DNA from: Minisyncoccota bacterium
GTDB taxonomy: Bacteria > Patescibacteriota > Minisyncoccia > Phycocordibacterales > JABAAK01
DNA length: 64,000 nt
Direction of reading: 5' to 3'
NCBI GenBank assembly: GCA_965222235.1
Contig: OZ244939.1
Coordinates: 248,585-312,584 of the forward strand
The notes beneath the pieces are model-generated. The model was not told the DNA's origin. It was given only the letters and a program-made list of their open reading frames with translations, and ran no database searches. Made by a program: the position numbers and the translations under genes. This document shows positions 1 to 10,065 of the stretch, one piece after another (position 1 is the first letter of the stretch; each line of letters starts with the position of its first letter).

Positions 1-1617
1 CAGCCGGCCCGCATCAGATGTGCGCCGTTTCTTCGGCACCTCAATCTGCCGGTCGCCGCGCAGGTACGAAAGTGTGAGCGATCCGGATGTGTTCCGTTTC
101 GCGGAAAGCAGCGGCTCAAGGAACCCTGACACGACGACCTCGCCGCCGTGTTTTCCCGCCGCAGGACCGATGTCAACGAGATAGTCAGACGCGAATATGG
201 TGTCCTCGTCATGCTCAACGACAATGATGGTATTGCCGAGGTTCCGAAGATGCAGGAGTGTTTTGATCAGCCGGTCATTGTCGCGCTGGTGCAGCCCGAT
301 GGTCGGCTCGTCAAGCACATACAGCGCACCGACCAGGCCGGAGCCGAGCTGTGAGGCGAGACGGATGCGCTGTGCCTCGCCACCTGAAAGCGTGTTCGCC
401 TTGCGGTTGAGCGTCATGTATTCCAGACCGACATCCCGCAGAAATGACACCCTGTTTGCAATCTCATTCAGCAGCGGCTCCGCGATTTCCTGCTGTTGTT
501 TTGACAGTGACAGTGACGTGAAAAAATCCGCGGCATCCTCAACGGTCAGTCCGATGACGGTATGAATATCATGTTTCTTTTTCCCGCCGCCCACAAACAC
601 GTTGAGTGCCTCGGGGCGGAGACGCGCGCCGTCGCAGGCATCGCACGGCGTGTCATCATAGATCTCAACCTGCCCGAGTCCGTTGCATTCGGTGCACGCG
701 CCGTAGGGTGAATTGAAGGAAAACAGTCGCGGCTCAATTTCCGGGAAAGTGAACCCGCATGCGGGACAGAGAAACCTGGACGAAATGAGCGACTCCTCGC
801 CGTTCGGATATTCGACGCGTACCATACCGTCAGCCTCATGAACAGAACGCTCCACCGCATCGGAAAGGCGCTCGCGAAACACCCGCGGATGTTTGGCATA
901 GTCGGTGAGATACAGCGAATCAATGTAGATATCAATAGTATGTTTTTTGTTCTTGCTGAGATTGATACGGTCGCGGAGCGACATGTCGGCGCCGTCAATA
1001 CGCGCCCGCTCATATCCTTTTCGGAGCATATCATAGAGAAGCTGGTAGTATTCGCCCTTTCTGCCGACCACCGCCGGCGCATATATCTTCAGCATCCGGT
1101 CGTTATACGCGACGCCGACCACCTTAGTATTTTTTTCAAACCATTTTTCTTCCTTAATCCGCTTCTCAATACGCCGGACAATTTCATCCTTGGACACCTT
1201 TTCAATCACATGCAAACACGACGGACAGTACGGCACGCCGATACGGGAGAACAGCACGCGGAGGTAGTCATATACCTCGGTAATGGTCGCGACTGTTGAC
1301 CGCGGATTGTTAGAGCGGTTCTTCTGGTCAATGGATATGGCGGGAGACAGTCCGGTGATTTCCCTGACCTCCGGCTTCTGCATCTGCCGGAGAAACTGCC
1401 GCGCGTACGCGGAGAGCGACTCCACATACCGCCGCTGTCCCTCGGCAAAGATGGTGTCAAACGCAAGTGAGGACTTTCCCGACCCGGAGAGCCCGGTACA
1501 CACCGTCATCATGCCGCGCGGAATATCAACATCAATATGTTTCAGGTTATGCGTTGACGCGCCTCTGATACGGATCCACCCGTCGGCGCACTTTTCTTGT
1601 TTTTTCTTTGCCGGCAT
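1..1617 (-). CDS. uvrA: Excinuclease ABC subunit A (runs off the left edge of the window)
   Basis: Not in the ORF track. Manual translation from ATG 1617 gives MPAKKKQEKCADGWIRIRGASTHNLKHIDVDIPRGMMTVCTGLSGSGKSSLAFDTIFAEGQRRYVESLSAYARQF, with later FSFNSPYGACTECNGLG. Confidence 0.97.
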   Translation of the reverse strand, partial: MPAKKKQEKCADGWIRIRGASTHNLKHIDVDIPRGMMTVCTGLSGSGKSSLAFDTIFAEGQRRYVESLSAYARQFLRQMQKPEVREITGLSPAISIDQKNRSNNPRSTVATITEVYDYLRVLFSRIGVPYCPSCLHVIEKVSKDEIVRRIEKRIKEEKWFEKNTKVVGVAYNDRMLKIYAPAVVGRKGEYYQLLYDMLRKGYERARIDGADMSLRDRINLSKNKKHTIDIYIDSLYLTDYAKHPRVFRERLSDAVERSVHEADGMVRVEYPNGEESLISSRFLCPACGFTFPEIEPRLFSFNSPYGACTECNGLGQVEIYDDTPCDACDGARLRPEALNVFVGGGKKKHDIHTVIGLTVEDAADFFTSLSLSKQQQEIAEPLLNEIANRVSFLRDVGLEYMTLNRKANTLSGGEAQRIRLASQLGSGLVGALYVLDEPTIGLHQRDNDRLIKTLLHLRNLGNTIIVVEHDEDTIFASDYLVDIGPAAGKHGGEVVVSGFLEPLLSAKRNTSGSLTLSYLRGDRQIEVPKKRRTSDAGRL

Positions 1618-1620
1618 ATA

Positions 1621-3369
1621 TTATTCAAATACCCTGTTTCGTTCCGCGAGCGACGCAACGGCATCTTCAGCGGACATCACCTGTTTTTCTCCCGCAGATT
1701 CCATTGTCACCGTATCGTTCTCTTTCTCTTCCGCGCCGACAACGATGCGGACCGGTATCTTTTCACCGTGCGCCCGCGCAACCTTTCTGCCGATGCTCTC
1801 ATCCTGCATGTCGGCATCCGCGCGCAGCCCCGCGCGCCTGAGACGGGAGAGCACCTGCAGTGCGTACGCGTGCTCCGCGGCGCCAATCGGCAGTATCCGC
1901 ACCTGCACCGGAACAAGAAAGAACGGAAAGTCGCCGGCAAAGTGCTCAATCATCACGCCGAGGAACCGCTCCAATGATCCGGAAACGGCGCGATGAATCA
2001 TGATCGGGGTTTTTTTGGTATTGTCCGCGGTAACATAGGTGAGGTTAAATCGCTCCGGCATGACGAAATCAAGCTGGATTGTGGAGAGCTGCCACTTGCG
2101 GCCGAGTGAATCACGGAAAACGAAATCAATCTTCGGTCCGTAGAAGGCTGCTTCTCCTTTCTCTTCGGTATACTCCAGCCCGCATGCGTGCAGTGCATGT
2201 TTCAGCGACTGCTCCGCCGCGGTCCAGGTTGTTTCATCGCCGAGATACTTTGACGCGTCATCGCTGCGCACCGAAAGCGAAATCTCGCAGTCATCACCCT
2301 GAAAAAATCCGAGCGCGGTATAGAATTCCTTAATGAGACTAATCGTGGCGATAATCTCCTGCTCCATCTGCTCCTCAGTGCAGAAAATATGCCCGTCATC
2401 CTGCGTGATGCTGAGCACTCTTGACAGCCCGAGCAGCTCGCCTTTCTGTTCGTCTCGGTACACGGTCGTGAATTCGGCGTAGCGCACGGGAAGATCATGA
2501 TAGCTGCGCGGGGCGCCGGCGTAAATCTGCGTGTGGTGCGGGCAGTTCATCGGCTTGAGCACGAATTCGTCATTCTTCCCCCGCACGTTGAACAGCTCGT
2601 CGCCGAACTTTTCCCAGTGTCCCGATGTCTGATACAAATCCCGCTTTGCCAGATGCGGAATCCACACCTTCTCGTATCCGTACCTATCCAGCAGCACTGA
2701 CAGCGACTGCTCAAGCGCCAGGCGGAGTGCATTGCCTTTCGGTGTGAACAGCGGAAGCCCCGGACCGACCAGCGGCGAAAAAGTGAACAGCCCCATCTCC
2801 TTCCCTATCTTCCGGTGATCCCGCTCCTTCGCCTGCTCCAGCATATGCCGATACGCATCAAGCTCTTCTACGGTGTCAAATGCCAGACCGTACACCCTGG
2901 TGAGCATCGTGTTATTCTCATCGCCGCGCCAATACGCGCCGGCGACAGAGCGCAGTGCGAATGCGTCGGGGTTAATATCGGCGATGGTGTCAACATGGCC
3001 GCCGCCGCAGAGATCCGTGAAGCTGCCCGAGGTGTAGAGTGTGATTTCTTTTCCCTCCTCCTCAAACTGATTGATGAGATCCGTTTTGTACGGATTGTCC
3101 CTGAACCGTTCGCGTGCCTCATCAGGCGTTATTGTTTTTTTTTCAAATGACAGCCAGGACGCCGCTATCTCCCGCATTTTTTTCTCCACCGTTTCAAGAT
3201 CATCGGCCGAAAGGGATACCGGCAGCTCAGCGTCGTAGTAGAATCCGTCGTCCACAGCAGGGCCGATGGCGAGCTTGGTGCCCGGATACAGCTCAACCAA
3301 AGCTGCGCCGAGTACATGTGCCAGCGAATGTCTCTTTTTTTGCAGCGTATCTGCCGGTGCGGAACTCAT
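1621..3369 (-). CDS. thrS: Threonyl-tRNA synthetase (lacks the N-terminal TGS domain)
   Basis: RHSLAHVL, DLCGGGHV, RDHRKIG, LKPMNCPHH, GEAAFYGPKID, IHRAVSGSLERF. Confidence 0.97.
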   Translation of the reverse strand: MSSAPADTLQKKRHSLAHVLGAALVELYPGTKLAIGPAVDDGFYYDAELPVSLSADDLETVEKKMREIAASWLSFEKKTITPDEARERFRDNPYKTDLINQFEEEGKEITLYTSGSFTDLCGGGHVDTIADINPDAFALRSVAGAYWRGDENNTMLTRVYGLAFDTVEELDAYRHMLEQAKERDHRKIGKEMGLFTFSPLVGPGLPLFTPKGNALRLALEQSLSVLLDRYGYEKVWIPHLAKRDLYQTSGHWEKFGDELFNVRGKNDEFVLKPMNCPHHTQIYAGAPRSYHDLPVRYAEFTTVYRDEQKGELLGLSRVLSITQDDGHIFCTEEQMEQEIIATISLIKEFYTALGFFQGDDCEISLSVRSDDASKYLGDETTWTAAEQSLKHALHACGLEYTEEKGEAAFYGPKIDFVFRDSLGRKWQLSTIQLDFVMPERFNLTYVTADNTKKTPIMIHRAVSGSLERFLGVMIEHFAGDFPFFLVPVQVRILPIGAAEHAYALQVLSRLRRAGLRADADMQDESIGRKVARAHGEKIPVRIVVGAEEKENDTVTMESAGEKQVMSAEDAVASLAERNRVFE

Positions 3370-3410
3370 ATACTTGACAGAATACCACGGAAGATTGATG
3401 AAATATACCG

Positions 3411-3875
3411 CTATGCAAATCCCTCGTCATGCATGAACGGACCGCGGGACGACGCCGTCACGGCAAGACTGTCCGCCATCTCGTTGCCCTCGTCATTCGC
3501 ATGCCCCTTGACCCACTGAAACACCACATGGTCGTCCGCCAGCGCATCAAGCTCCCGCCAGAGATCGGCGTTCTTCACCGGTTTCTTCTGTCCTCTTTCC
3601 GTGCGCATCCAGGCGTTTCTCTTCCAATTCTCTTTCCATTGTGTCATTCCTTTCTGTACATATTCGCTGTCAGTCCAGACCGTGACGGTGCCGGCATTGC
3701 CGAACTTTTTCAGCGCGGCGATGACGGCGAGCAACTCCATGCGGTTGTTTGTCGTTCTGTAATAGCCCTGGGAGAATGTGTGCACAACTGAACCGTCACG
3801 GTACACCACAGCACCGATGCCGCCGGGACCGGGATTCCCCTTGCACGACCCGTCCGTGTACACCGCATATTCCAT
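3411..3875 (-). CDS. rnhA: Ribonuclease HI
   Basis: YTDGSCKGNPGPGG, TTNNRMEL, KNADLW, WVKGHA..GNEMAD. Start moved to MEYAVY because the longer ORF overlaps tRNA-Pro. Confidence 0.95.
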   Translation of the reverse strand: MEYAVYTDGSCKGNPGPGGIGAVVYRDGSVVHTFSQGYYRTTNNRMELLAVIAALKKFGNAGTVTVWTDSEYVQKGMTQWKENWKRNAWMRTERGQKKPVKNADLWRELDALADDHVVFQWVKGHANDEGNEMADSLAVTASSRGPFMHDEGFA

Positions 3876-3931
3876 AGTATGTTTCAGTGTACCACGGCTC
3901 TTCATCCCGCTTGATGATATACTGCGTGTAC

Positions 3932-4005
3932 CGGACCGTAGCATAGTGGTAGTGTGCACGCATGGGGTGCGTGTGGCCCGGGTTCGATTCCCGGCGGTCC
4001 GACCA
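3932..4005 (+). tRNA. tRNA-Pro(GGG), CCA encoded
   Basis: CGGACCG/CGGTCCG acceptor stem, CACGC-ATGGGGT-GCGTG anticodon arm, GGTTCGATTCC T arm, ACCA end. Confidence 0.93.
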
Positions 4006-4007
4006 GA

Positions 4008-4871
4008 CTACGCGCTTTTCTGCGTGGAACGCAGGCTTTTAAGGAATGTGATGGTGCCCCGAATACCTGTCATAAACCGCTCGTCCGTCTTTCTGGCAAG
4101 TGCCTCATACCGGTCATGGTGCGGCGGTCGGTCTTTCTCTCCCAGATATATGCGGGTAAGGGACATGCACATGTTCCGGATGAAATAATCAAACGCCCTT
4201 TTTTCCAGGACAGATACATCAGTCAGGTTTCCTTTCATCTGTTCAATAATAGTAAACACCATGTTGCCGGGGATTGACAGTGAACACAGCGGAAAATCAC
4301 CGGCACTGCGGTCAGTCGGCATGAATGAACCGTCATCCTGCTTTTTGTACCCGTATTCAAGACGCGCATATCCCCCGTTGATTGAAAGTATCTGCTGCTC
4401 CTTGTTATGCAGCGTCCTTTTGTTTCCGAACACCACTTCGTCAACGGAACAGACGACATCACCGTTCTCCCGGTTGACAATAACAGTGTCAATGCCGTTT
4501 TTCAGGTCATCATAGAGTGATGACCGCACGGCGACCACCCGTTCCGGAACCATTTTAGTGAAAATAATAGGCACCAAATGCTCAAAAAGTTCCGATTCTG
4601 CCGCTGTCTTCTCTCCTTTCTCCCGCATATCCTCCTGCCGCGAGCGTACATAGTGTTCATGGCGACGCATATCTTCAGGTGCACGGGAATCGCGGAATGC
4701 GGACGGATGAATCCGTCCGTTCCGATCAAGGCGCACGCCGACCTGCCGATAGTGCTCAACAAGATCCGCCGTGGCGGCCTGCACTGTTTCCTGCGCCCTG
4801 GCGTGCTCCTGTTGTGTTGTGCGCTCGTTCGGAGCGGATGTTTTGCGCTCAAAACTCTTCATTGTCAACAT
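4008..4871 (-). CDS. Hypothetical protein
   Basis: 287-aa ORF between tRNA-Pro and dprA. The acidic motif YDDLKNGIDTV..VDEV suggests a nuclease-like fold, but no family was recognised. Confidence 0.7.
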   Translation of the reverse strand: MLTMKSFERKTSAPNERTTQQEHARAQETVQAATADLVEHYRQVGVRLDRNGRIHPSAFRDSRAPEDMRRHEHYVRSRQEDMREKGEKTAAESELFEHLVPIIFTKMVPERVVAVRSSLYDDLKNGIDTVIVNRENGDVVCSVDEVVFGNKRTLHNKEQQILSINGGYARLEYGYKKQDDGSFMPTDRSAGDFPLCSLSIPGNMVFTIIEQMKGNLTDVSVLEKRAFDYFIRNMCMSLTRIYLGEKDRPPHHDRYEALARKTDERFMTGIRGTITFLKSLRSTQKSA

Positions 4872-4903
4872 ACTACCACGACATACCGTGGTATAACGGG
4901 GAT

Positions 4904-5560
4904 ATGGACATTGGTATCAGCGTGCTGCAACCGGATGCATATCCCGAATCCCTGCGTGAATTGCCTGATATGCCCGAACAGCTCTACATGCGCGGCGGCG
5001 CTATTGATATGTCACGGCGCATGATTGCCGTTGTCGGCGCCCGCGCATGCACTGAATACGGCAGAAGAGTATGCGAGACGATTATTGCGGACCTTGCCGG
5101 GCATCCCGTTACCGTCATATCCGGTCTGGCGATCGGCATTGACGGCATCGCCCATGAAGCTGCGCTGCGCTGCGGCCTTCCCACGATTGCCATTATGGGG
5201 TCGGGGCTTGATGATTCAGTATTATACCCCCGGGCAAACCGGCCGCTCGCACGTAGGATTCTTGAGAGCGGCGGCACGCTCATATCTGAACTGCTGCCGG
5301 AAGATCGGGGATCAAAACACACATTCCCCGCCCGTAACCGCATCATCGCGGGGTTTGCCGATGTCGTAGTCGCTGTTGAATGTGCGGAACGGTCGGGCAC
5401 GCGCATCACGACGAAACTTGCCGTGGAATATAATAAGGAAGTCGGCGCGGTGCCACACAGCATTTTTTCTGAAACCGGTGCCGGTGCAAACGCGCTCATT
5501 CAGCAGGGAGCACATGTCATACGAAACGGCGGGGATATTCTGTCACTGCTTAATTTGTGA
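4904..5560 (+). CDS. dprA: DNA-processing protein DprA (Rossmann core only)
   Basis: IAVVGARACTEYG, ISGLAIGIDGIAHEAAL, FPARNRIIAG, GANALIQQGA. Likely start ATG 4904. Confidence 0.93.
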   Translation: MDIGISVLQPDAYPESLRELPDMPEQLYMRGGAIDMSRRMIAVVGARACTEYGRRVCETIIADLAGHPVTVISGLAIGIDGIAHEAALRCGLPTIAIMGSGLDDSVLYPRANRPLARRILESGGTLISELLPEDRGSKHTFPARNRIIAGFADVVVAVECAERSGTRITTKLAVEYNKEVGAVPHSIFSETGAGANALIQQGAHVIRNGGDILSLLNL

Positions 5561-5579
5561 TGTATGAATACAGCGGGCA

Positions 5580-6668
5580 TCAGTTCCGCCTCTTCTTTTT
5601 GAAGAAATAGATTGATCCGCTAATAGCTGCAAGGATGACAATCAGCAGTGCGATGGGGTTATGCGCGATGATGGAGACGATGATTGTCACGGTTGACATG
5701 ACCAGCGCTATGAGCACTGAAGCGAGAAAGGCGACGAACTTTCCTGCCGCTCCGAAAATCGGAATGACGCTGAGGAAGATGACGAATGGATTCACTATGA
5801 GAAAGAGGCCGAACGCCATCATGCCGAAGCCGAGCAGTCTGAGCATCCATGTCCGGAAGGTGTCCTCGCTTCGCGCCTGCCGGTATGCCGCGTCACGATC
5901 CCCCGCGAACAGGTCAAAAGCGTTCGTCTCGCCGTGCCGACGCAGTTCCCCGCGGTCTAATGTACCGACAAATGTCATCTCATCGTCAAGCGGTACCGCT
6001 TTATACATAATTCGCTGGTCCCCCACCGTCGGATCAAGCGGTCCGGTCGTTCCGTTTCGGGACAGAAACAGCACAGTGCCTTCAACCACCTCGCCGCTCT
6101 GAACGCTGACCCGACCGAGCTCAAGCGGCGCATAGTTGTGCAAATGCAAAGTATTTTCCGAATGCAGCGGATAGTCGCCGATCAGAACACCCTCCGCAAT
6201 CTCGTCAAGATCGGTGATTGTTTTCTGTATATTCTCCCGTCCGCCCGGATCTTTGAAATCACGTGTATTCGGGGCGGAAGACACCCACTGTTTTTCATAG
6301 CTGTAGTCGGTGGTCTCCGTCTGGGACCCGCCGAGATTGTCCTCAGTCGTCGTGGACTGAACCTCCTCCCATGCGAACACTTCCGCCCGACGCTGCAGCG
6401 CCAGGAACTCGCCACCAGTGATGTACTCGTCGCCGAGTACCGGACTCGCGGCTGTTGCCGTATCGGTATGGGTGATAACGCCGTCCGCAGATGTCTGACC
6501 AGCCTCAAGCACCGCCGCATCCTCTATCACTTTAGCGAATTTCTGCAGCCCTTCATTGACATATAAAACAACGAATGAACCGAAGAAGAGAACAATACCG
6601 ACAAGCACCCCGATAAACGCATTTTTTATCCTGTCAAAAAATCCTATAGTACCTACTTCGGTTACCAT
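5580..6668 (-). CDS. TMEM43/DUF1625-family membrane protein
   Basis: N-terminal TM (GIVLFFGSFVVLYVNEG), LQRRAEVFAWEE, YEKQW, PTVGDQRIMY and 3-4 C-terminal TMs. Start moved to MVTEVG to avoid tRNA-Ser. Confidence 0.8.
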   Translation of the reverse strand: MVTEVGTIGFFDRIKNAFIGVLVGIVLFFGSFVVLYVNEGLQKFAKVIEDAAVLEAGQTSADGVITHTDTATAASPVLGDEYITGGEFLALQRRAEVFAWEEVQSTTTEDNLGGSQTETTDYSYEKQWVSSAPNTRDFKDPGGRENIQKTITDLDEIAEGVLIGDYPLHSENTLHLHNYAPLELGRVSVQSGEVVEGTVLFLSRNGTTGPLDPTVGDQRIMYKAVPLDDEMTFVGTLDRGELRRHGETNAFDLFAGDRDAAYRQARSEDTFRTWMLRLLGFGMMAFGLFLIVNPFVIFLSVIPIFGAAGKFVAFLASVLIALVMSTVTIIVSIIAHNPIALLIVILAAISGSIYFFKKKRRN

Positions 6669-6751
6669 ACATATAAGTATAGAATACATACAGCCGGCAT
6701 GAACAGCGATGGTGGATAACCGGCGCCGTACTGTGGTACGCTGTGCGTATT

Positions 6752-6842
6752 GGAGAGGTGGCTGAGCGGTCGAAGGCGCTCCCCTGCTAAGGGAGTAGGG
6801 GGTTTCAAAGCCCCCTCGAGGGTTCGAATCCCTCCCTCTCCG
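6752..6842 (+). tRNA. tRNA-Ser(GCT), no encoded CCA
   Basis: GGAGAGG/CCTCTCC stem, CTCCC-CTGCTAA-GGGAG anticodon arm, long variable arm, GGTTCGAATCC. Confidence 0.95.
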
Positions 6843-7527
6843 CATCTGCGGGTACGGATGCTTCGTAGGCTTTCAGTGCTTTCTGCGCGGCGCGCTGTTC
6901 GGCATCCTGCTTGGACCGGCCCTCCGCCTGCGTGTATTGTGTATCACCGATGACAACGGCAACGGTGAACACTTTTTCATGATCCGGCCCGCGCTCATCC
7001 AGCACGGTATATACGGGAGTAGTGCGCAGATCCCGCTGCACCGCTTCCTGCAGAGCAGTCTTGGCGTCGCGCAGAGGTGCTTGCGCCAGGTATGACTGAA
7101 CATTAGTGAGAATATGCGTATGAATACATTCCCGGGCGGCTTCAATCCCGCCGTCAAGGAATACGGCACCGATAACTGCTTCAACGGCGTCGGCAAGCAG
7201 TGCTACATTCCGCTCCATTTCCTTCCGCTGTCCGGTGGATACCCTGAGATGCGCCGATATTCCAAGCACCGTCGCGACGCGCACCAAAAAATCGGTTTTG
7301 ACCAGCAGAGACCGGTAGATGCTCAGTACCCCCTCCGGTTCATCGGGGTACCGCCGGTACAGTTCGGCGGTGGAGACAAACTGCAGCACCGCGTCGCCGA
7401 GAAATTCCAGCCGTTCGTTGTGCACCGCATTCCGATGCTCGTTAGAAAACGAACGGTGCGTCAGCGCCTGAATCAGCAGATCTTTGTCAGTAAAGGCATA
7501 CCCGAGTCTGCGCTCAAGATCTTTCAT
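6805..7527 (-). CDS. rnc: Ribonuclease III
   Basis: ALTHRS, HNERLEFLGDAVL, ADAVEAVIGAVFLDGG, dsRBD DAKTALQE...GRSKQDAEQRAA. Confidence 0.96.
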   Translation of the reverse strand: MKDLERRLGYAFTDKDLLIQALTHRSFSNEHRNAVHNERLEFLGDAVLQFVSTAELYRRYPDEPEGVLSIYRSLLVKTDFLVRVATVLGISAHLRVSTGQRKEMERNVALLADAVEAVIGAVFLDGGIEAARECIHTHILTNVQSYLAQAPLRDAKTALQEAVQRDLRTTPVYTVLDERGPDHEKVFTVAVVIGDTQYTQAEGRSKQDAEQRAAQKALKAYEASVPADAEREGFEPSRGL

Positions 7528-7568
7528 GGTATCAGAACCGGTATGTGCCATATATCTGCATTCTACCA

Positions 7569-8450
7569 TCAGCGCATTTCCCGCGCCCGGTTCATACCGT
7601 CAAAGATAATCTGCTTGAGATCGGGGTACAGCGTCAGTTTCTGCACCTCGTCATGTGAAAACCAACGTGCATCGTCCAGTCCTTCCGAATCTTTCAGCCG
7701 CAGAGCCTCGTTCTCCGTCCGGCCGAGCAGGTAGGATACTTCCTTGCGGACAGCGCCTTCCGGCGGATGCGCGACATATGCGTTGGTTCCGATTACTTCA
7801 AGCGGCGTCACATCCACACCAATCTCGTCTTTGATCACGCGACGAAAACCGCCGTCCTCAGATTCGCCGTTTTCAAGACCGCCCTTTGACAGTGTCCAAC
7901 GTCCGAACACATCATGCACGAGCGCGAACTGCAGCTCACTGTCATCGCCGACGGAGAACACGACACCGCCGACCGACTTTTTCACGCGTATCTTCCGCTC
8001 AACATGTTCGTCCTCATCCTGATCTTTCACTTCAAGATACACCGCGCCCAGGACACCGTTAATGAATTTCCGGGCGCTGGAGTTTAGAAATACTTTTGTA
8101 ATCTCAATCGCCTCGTTCAGCGCAACCCGCCCCGGAACATCAAATTCCTTCCCGAACAGCAGTTCAAACACCCCGAGTCGCAGAATGTTTCGGTCAACAC
8201 TCCCCATTTTTTCCAGTGACCAGTTCGGGGCCGCCTGCTCTATGATCCGGTTGATATCGTCGTACTTTGAGGCGATGCCCTCCAGTATCTTTGTCGCGAA
8301 CGCATTGTTGATAAGTTCGGGGTTATGCTCCCGGACCAGGACATTGAATGTGTTAATATATGCGTCAGCACTCGGTGTTCGTTTATGAAAATCATGTTCA
8401 AACAACGTCTGGACAATTAAAATACGGATTTCCCTTCTTGAAGTAACCAT
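7569..8450 (-). CDS. nusB: NusB fused to a C-terminal NUDIX hydrolase domain
   Basis: VDRNILRLGVFEL, VALNEAIE, KFINGVLG, then a NUDIX-like segment WTLSKGGLENGESEDGGFRRVIKDEIG. Confidence 0.9.
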   Translation of the reverse strand: MVTSRREIRILIVQTLFEHDFHKRTPSADAYINTFNVLVREHNPELINNAFATKILEGIASKYDDINRIIEQAAPNWSLEKMGSVDRNILRLGVFELLFGKEFDVPGRVALNEAIEITKVFLNSSARKFINGVLGAVYLEVKDQDEDEHVERKIRVKKSVGGVVFSVGDDSELQFALVHDVFGRWTLSKGGLENGESEDGGFRRVIKDEIGVDVTPLEVIGTNAYVAHPPEGAVRKEVSYLLGRTENEALRLKDSEGLDDARWFSHDEVQKLTLYPDLKQIIFDGMNRAREMR

Positions 8451-8545
8451 AGATGCTCGTGATATATACAAATACCATTGTGAGTATACCATCTGTTTCG
8501 GCATACGACCGGCGAACGGGGATACTCTGCGGCAGGATGTACCCC

Positions 8546-8803
8546 TTATGCACCGGAAGCGGGCAGAGATGCCTGCTCTTCGGTCCGCTGTTCCTCCCCG
8601 GTGTCCGCTGACTTCCTGCGCATAAGCCGGCTCTCCCGCTTGGCGGTGTCAATAACATTCCGTCCGCGATAGACGCCGGTTATTCTGCTGGCGCGATGTC
8701 GGAGGCGCGCCACGCCGTTCTCCCGGGTATGCCCCGGCAGCGTGGTGCCGTGGTGCGACCGACGGGTATTTCTCTTCCCTTTTGTTGTCCGCATGCGTAC
8801 CAT
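8546..8803 (-). CDS. rpmF: 50S ribosomal protein L32 (zinc-free type)
   Basis: MVRMRTTKGKRNTRRSHH...RLRHRASRITGVYRGRNV, no Cys. Confidence 0.85.
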   Translation of the reverse strand: MVRMRTTKGKRNTRRSHHGTTLPGHTRENGVARLRHRASRITGVYRGRNVIDTAKRESRLMRRKSADTGEEQRTEEQASLPASGA

Positions 8804-8920
8804 ATTCCGCACTATACCACAGACAGTGCCCGGCACCAATCTTGCAGATGGCGGTGTGTGTATGGTATTCTGCATGTGTTGGAACCTCCAACGGAACTCC
8901 CGTGTAATAATCCCCAACTC

Positions 8921-8953
8921 TCTCCCTTCGGGACGCCGAAGGGGGATTTTTTT
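8921..8953 (+). terminator. Intrinsic terminator-like hairpin
   Basis: TCTCCCTTCGG-GACG-CCGAAGGGGGA followed by T7. Confidence 0.75.
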
Positions 8954-9015
8954 GCCGACATTCCGAGCAGACACCGCACACTTTTTTTCCATGCTACGCT
9001 ACGCTCTGTATCTGT

Positions 9016-10008
9016 ATGAATATATACACCATCATCTCGCTCATATTTCTCATTGCCATGGTCGCGGTGTTCGCGCCGAACCTTCGGCAGGAACGGCAGT
9101 CCGGGCTGAAGGACACCGCACAAACTGATGAGCATTCAGACAGGCAGGCATTCGCCCGCTACAGTCTCAAAACCGACACCACAAAACGGAACATTGATCT
9201 GGATCTCGTTCTCTCCGGAGGTCCGGGCAAAGACGGAATACCCGCTATTACCAATCCTACATTCATTCCCATCGCCGAGACGGACATTCAGGACGATGCC
9301 CGCGGTATTCTGGTGAACCTGCACGGCACCCGCCGCTTCTATCCGTACAATATTCTGGTCTGGCATGAAATCGTAAATGACCGCATCGGGGAGACCTCGT
9401 TCGCCGTCACATTCTGCCCGCTCTGCGACTCGGGCATCGTGTTCAACCGGCAGGTCGGCGGGAAGGTTCTGCAGTTCGGCGTCAGCGGACTGTTGTATGA
9501 ATCCAACCTGCTGATGTATGATTCGCTGACCGAATCACTCTGGTCGCAGACGCGGCGGGAGGCGGTTGCGGGTGCCTACACCGACACAACACTGAACATT
9601 CTGCCGTTACAGGTGCTTACCCTGCGTGAGGTTCGGGACAAGTATCCTGACACCGCCGTGATGAGCACCGACACAGGTCACCGGCGGGATTACGACCGGA
9701 TGCCGTATGACGGCTACGGAGGCATAGAGGAGACGCTGTTTCCGTTCTCCGGATCGGACAGCCGGTTTTTAGCAAAGGAGCCGCTCTATGTCATCCCGTT
9801 CAGAGGGCATTCAGTCGCTTTCCCGTTCAGAGACTTTTCGCCGGGCACACAAACCTTTACCGTTAAGGGGGAGGAGATTGTCATTTCCCGCGACGGCGAT
9901 GAAATCACTGCCATGAGCGGCGAAAAGACGCTCCCCGGCTATTTTGAATTTTGGTTCTCGTGGACAACACACCATCAGGATGACGGTATTGTGCTTGAAG
10001 TCACATAG
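9016..10008 (+). CDS. DUF3179-family exported protein
   Basis: N-terminal TM, GGPGKDGIPAI, WHEIVND, VTFCPLCDSG, FGVSGLLYESNLLMYD..TESLWSQ, FWFSW. Confidence 0.88.
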   Translation: MNIYTIISLIFLIAMVAVFAPNLRQERQSGLKDTAQTDEHSDRQAFARYSLKTDTTKRNIDLDLVLSGGPGKDGIPAITNPTFIPIAETDIQDDARGILVNLHGTRRFYPYNILVWHEIVNDRIGETSFAVTFCPLCDSGIVFNRQVGGKVLQFGVSGLLYESNLLMYDSLTESLWSQTRREAVAGAYTDTTLNILPLQVLTLREVRDKYPDTAVMSTDTGHRRDYDRMPYDGYGGIEETLFPFSGSDSRFLAKEPLYVIPFRGHSVAFPFRDFSPGTQTFTVKGEEIVISRDGDEITAMSGEKTLPGYFEFWFSWTTHHQDDGIVLEVT

Positions 10009-10065
10009 CGATGTTATTCACATGGACATTCCCCACCCGCTCCGCCTGTGCTACAGTACGGACAT

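Noticed and set aside
148-1996. Multiple plus-strand ORFs
   Set aside because: Antisense shadows of uvrA and thrS; the same applies to shadow ORFs over tuf, gatB, pyrG and the ribosomal protein genes
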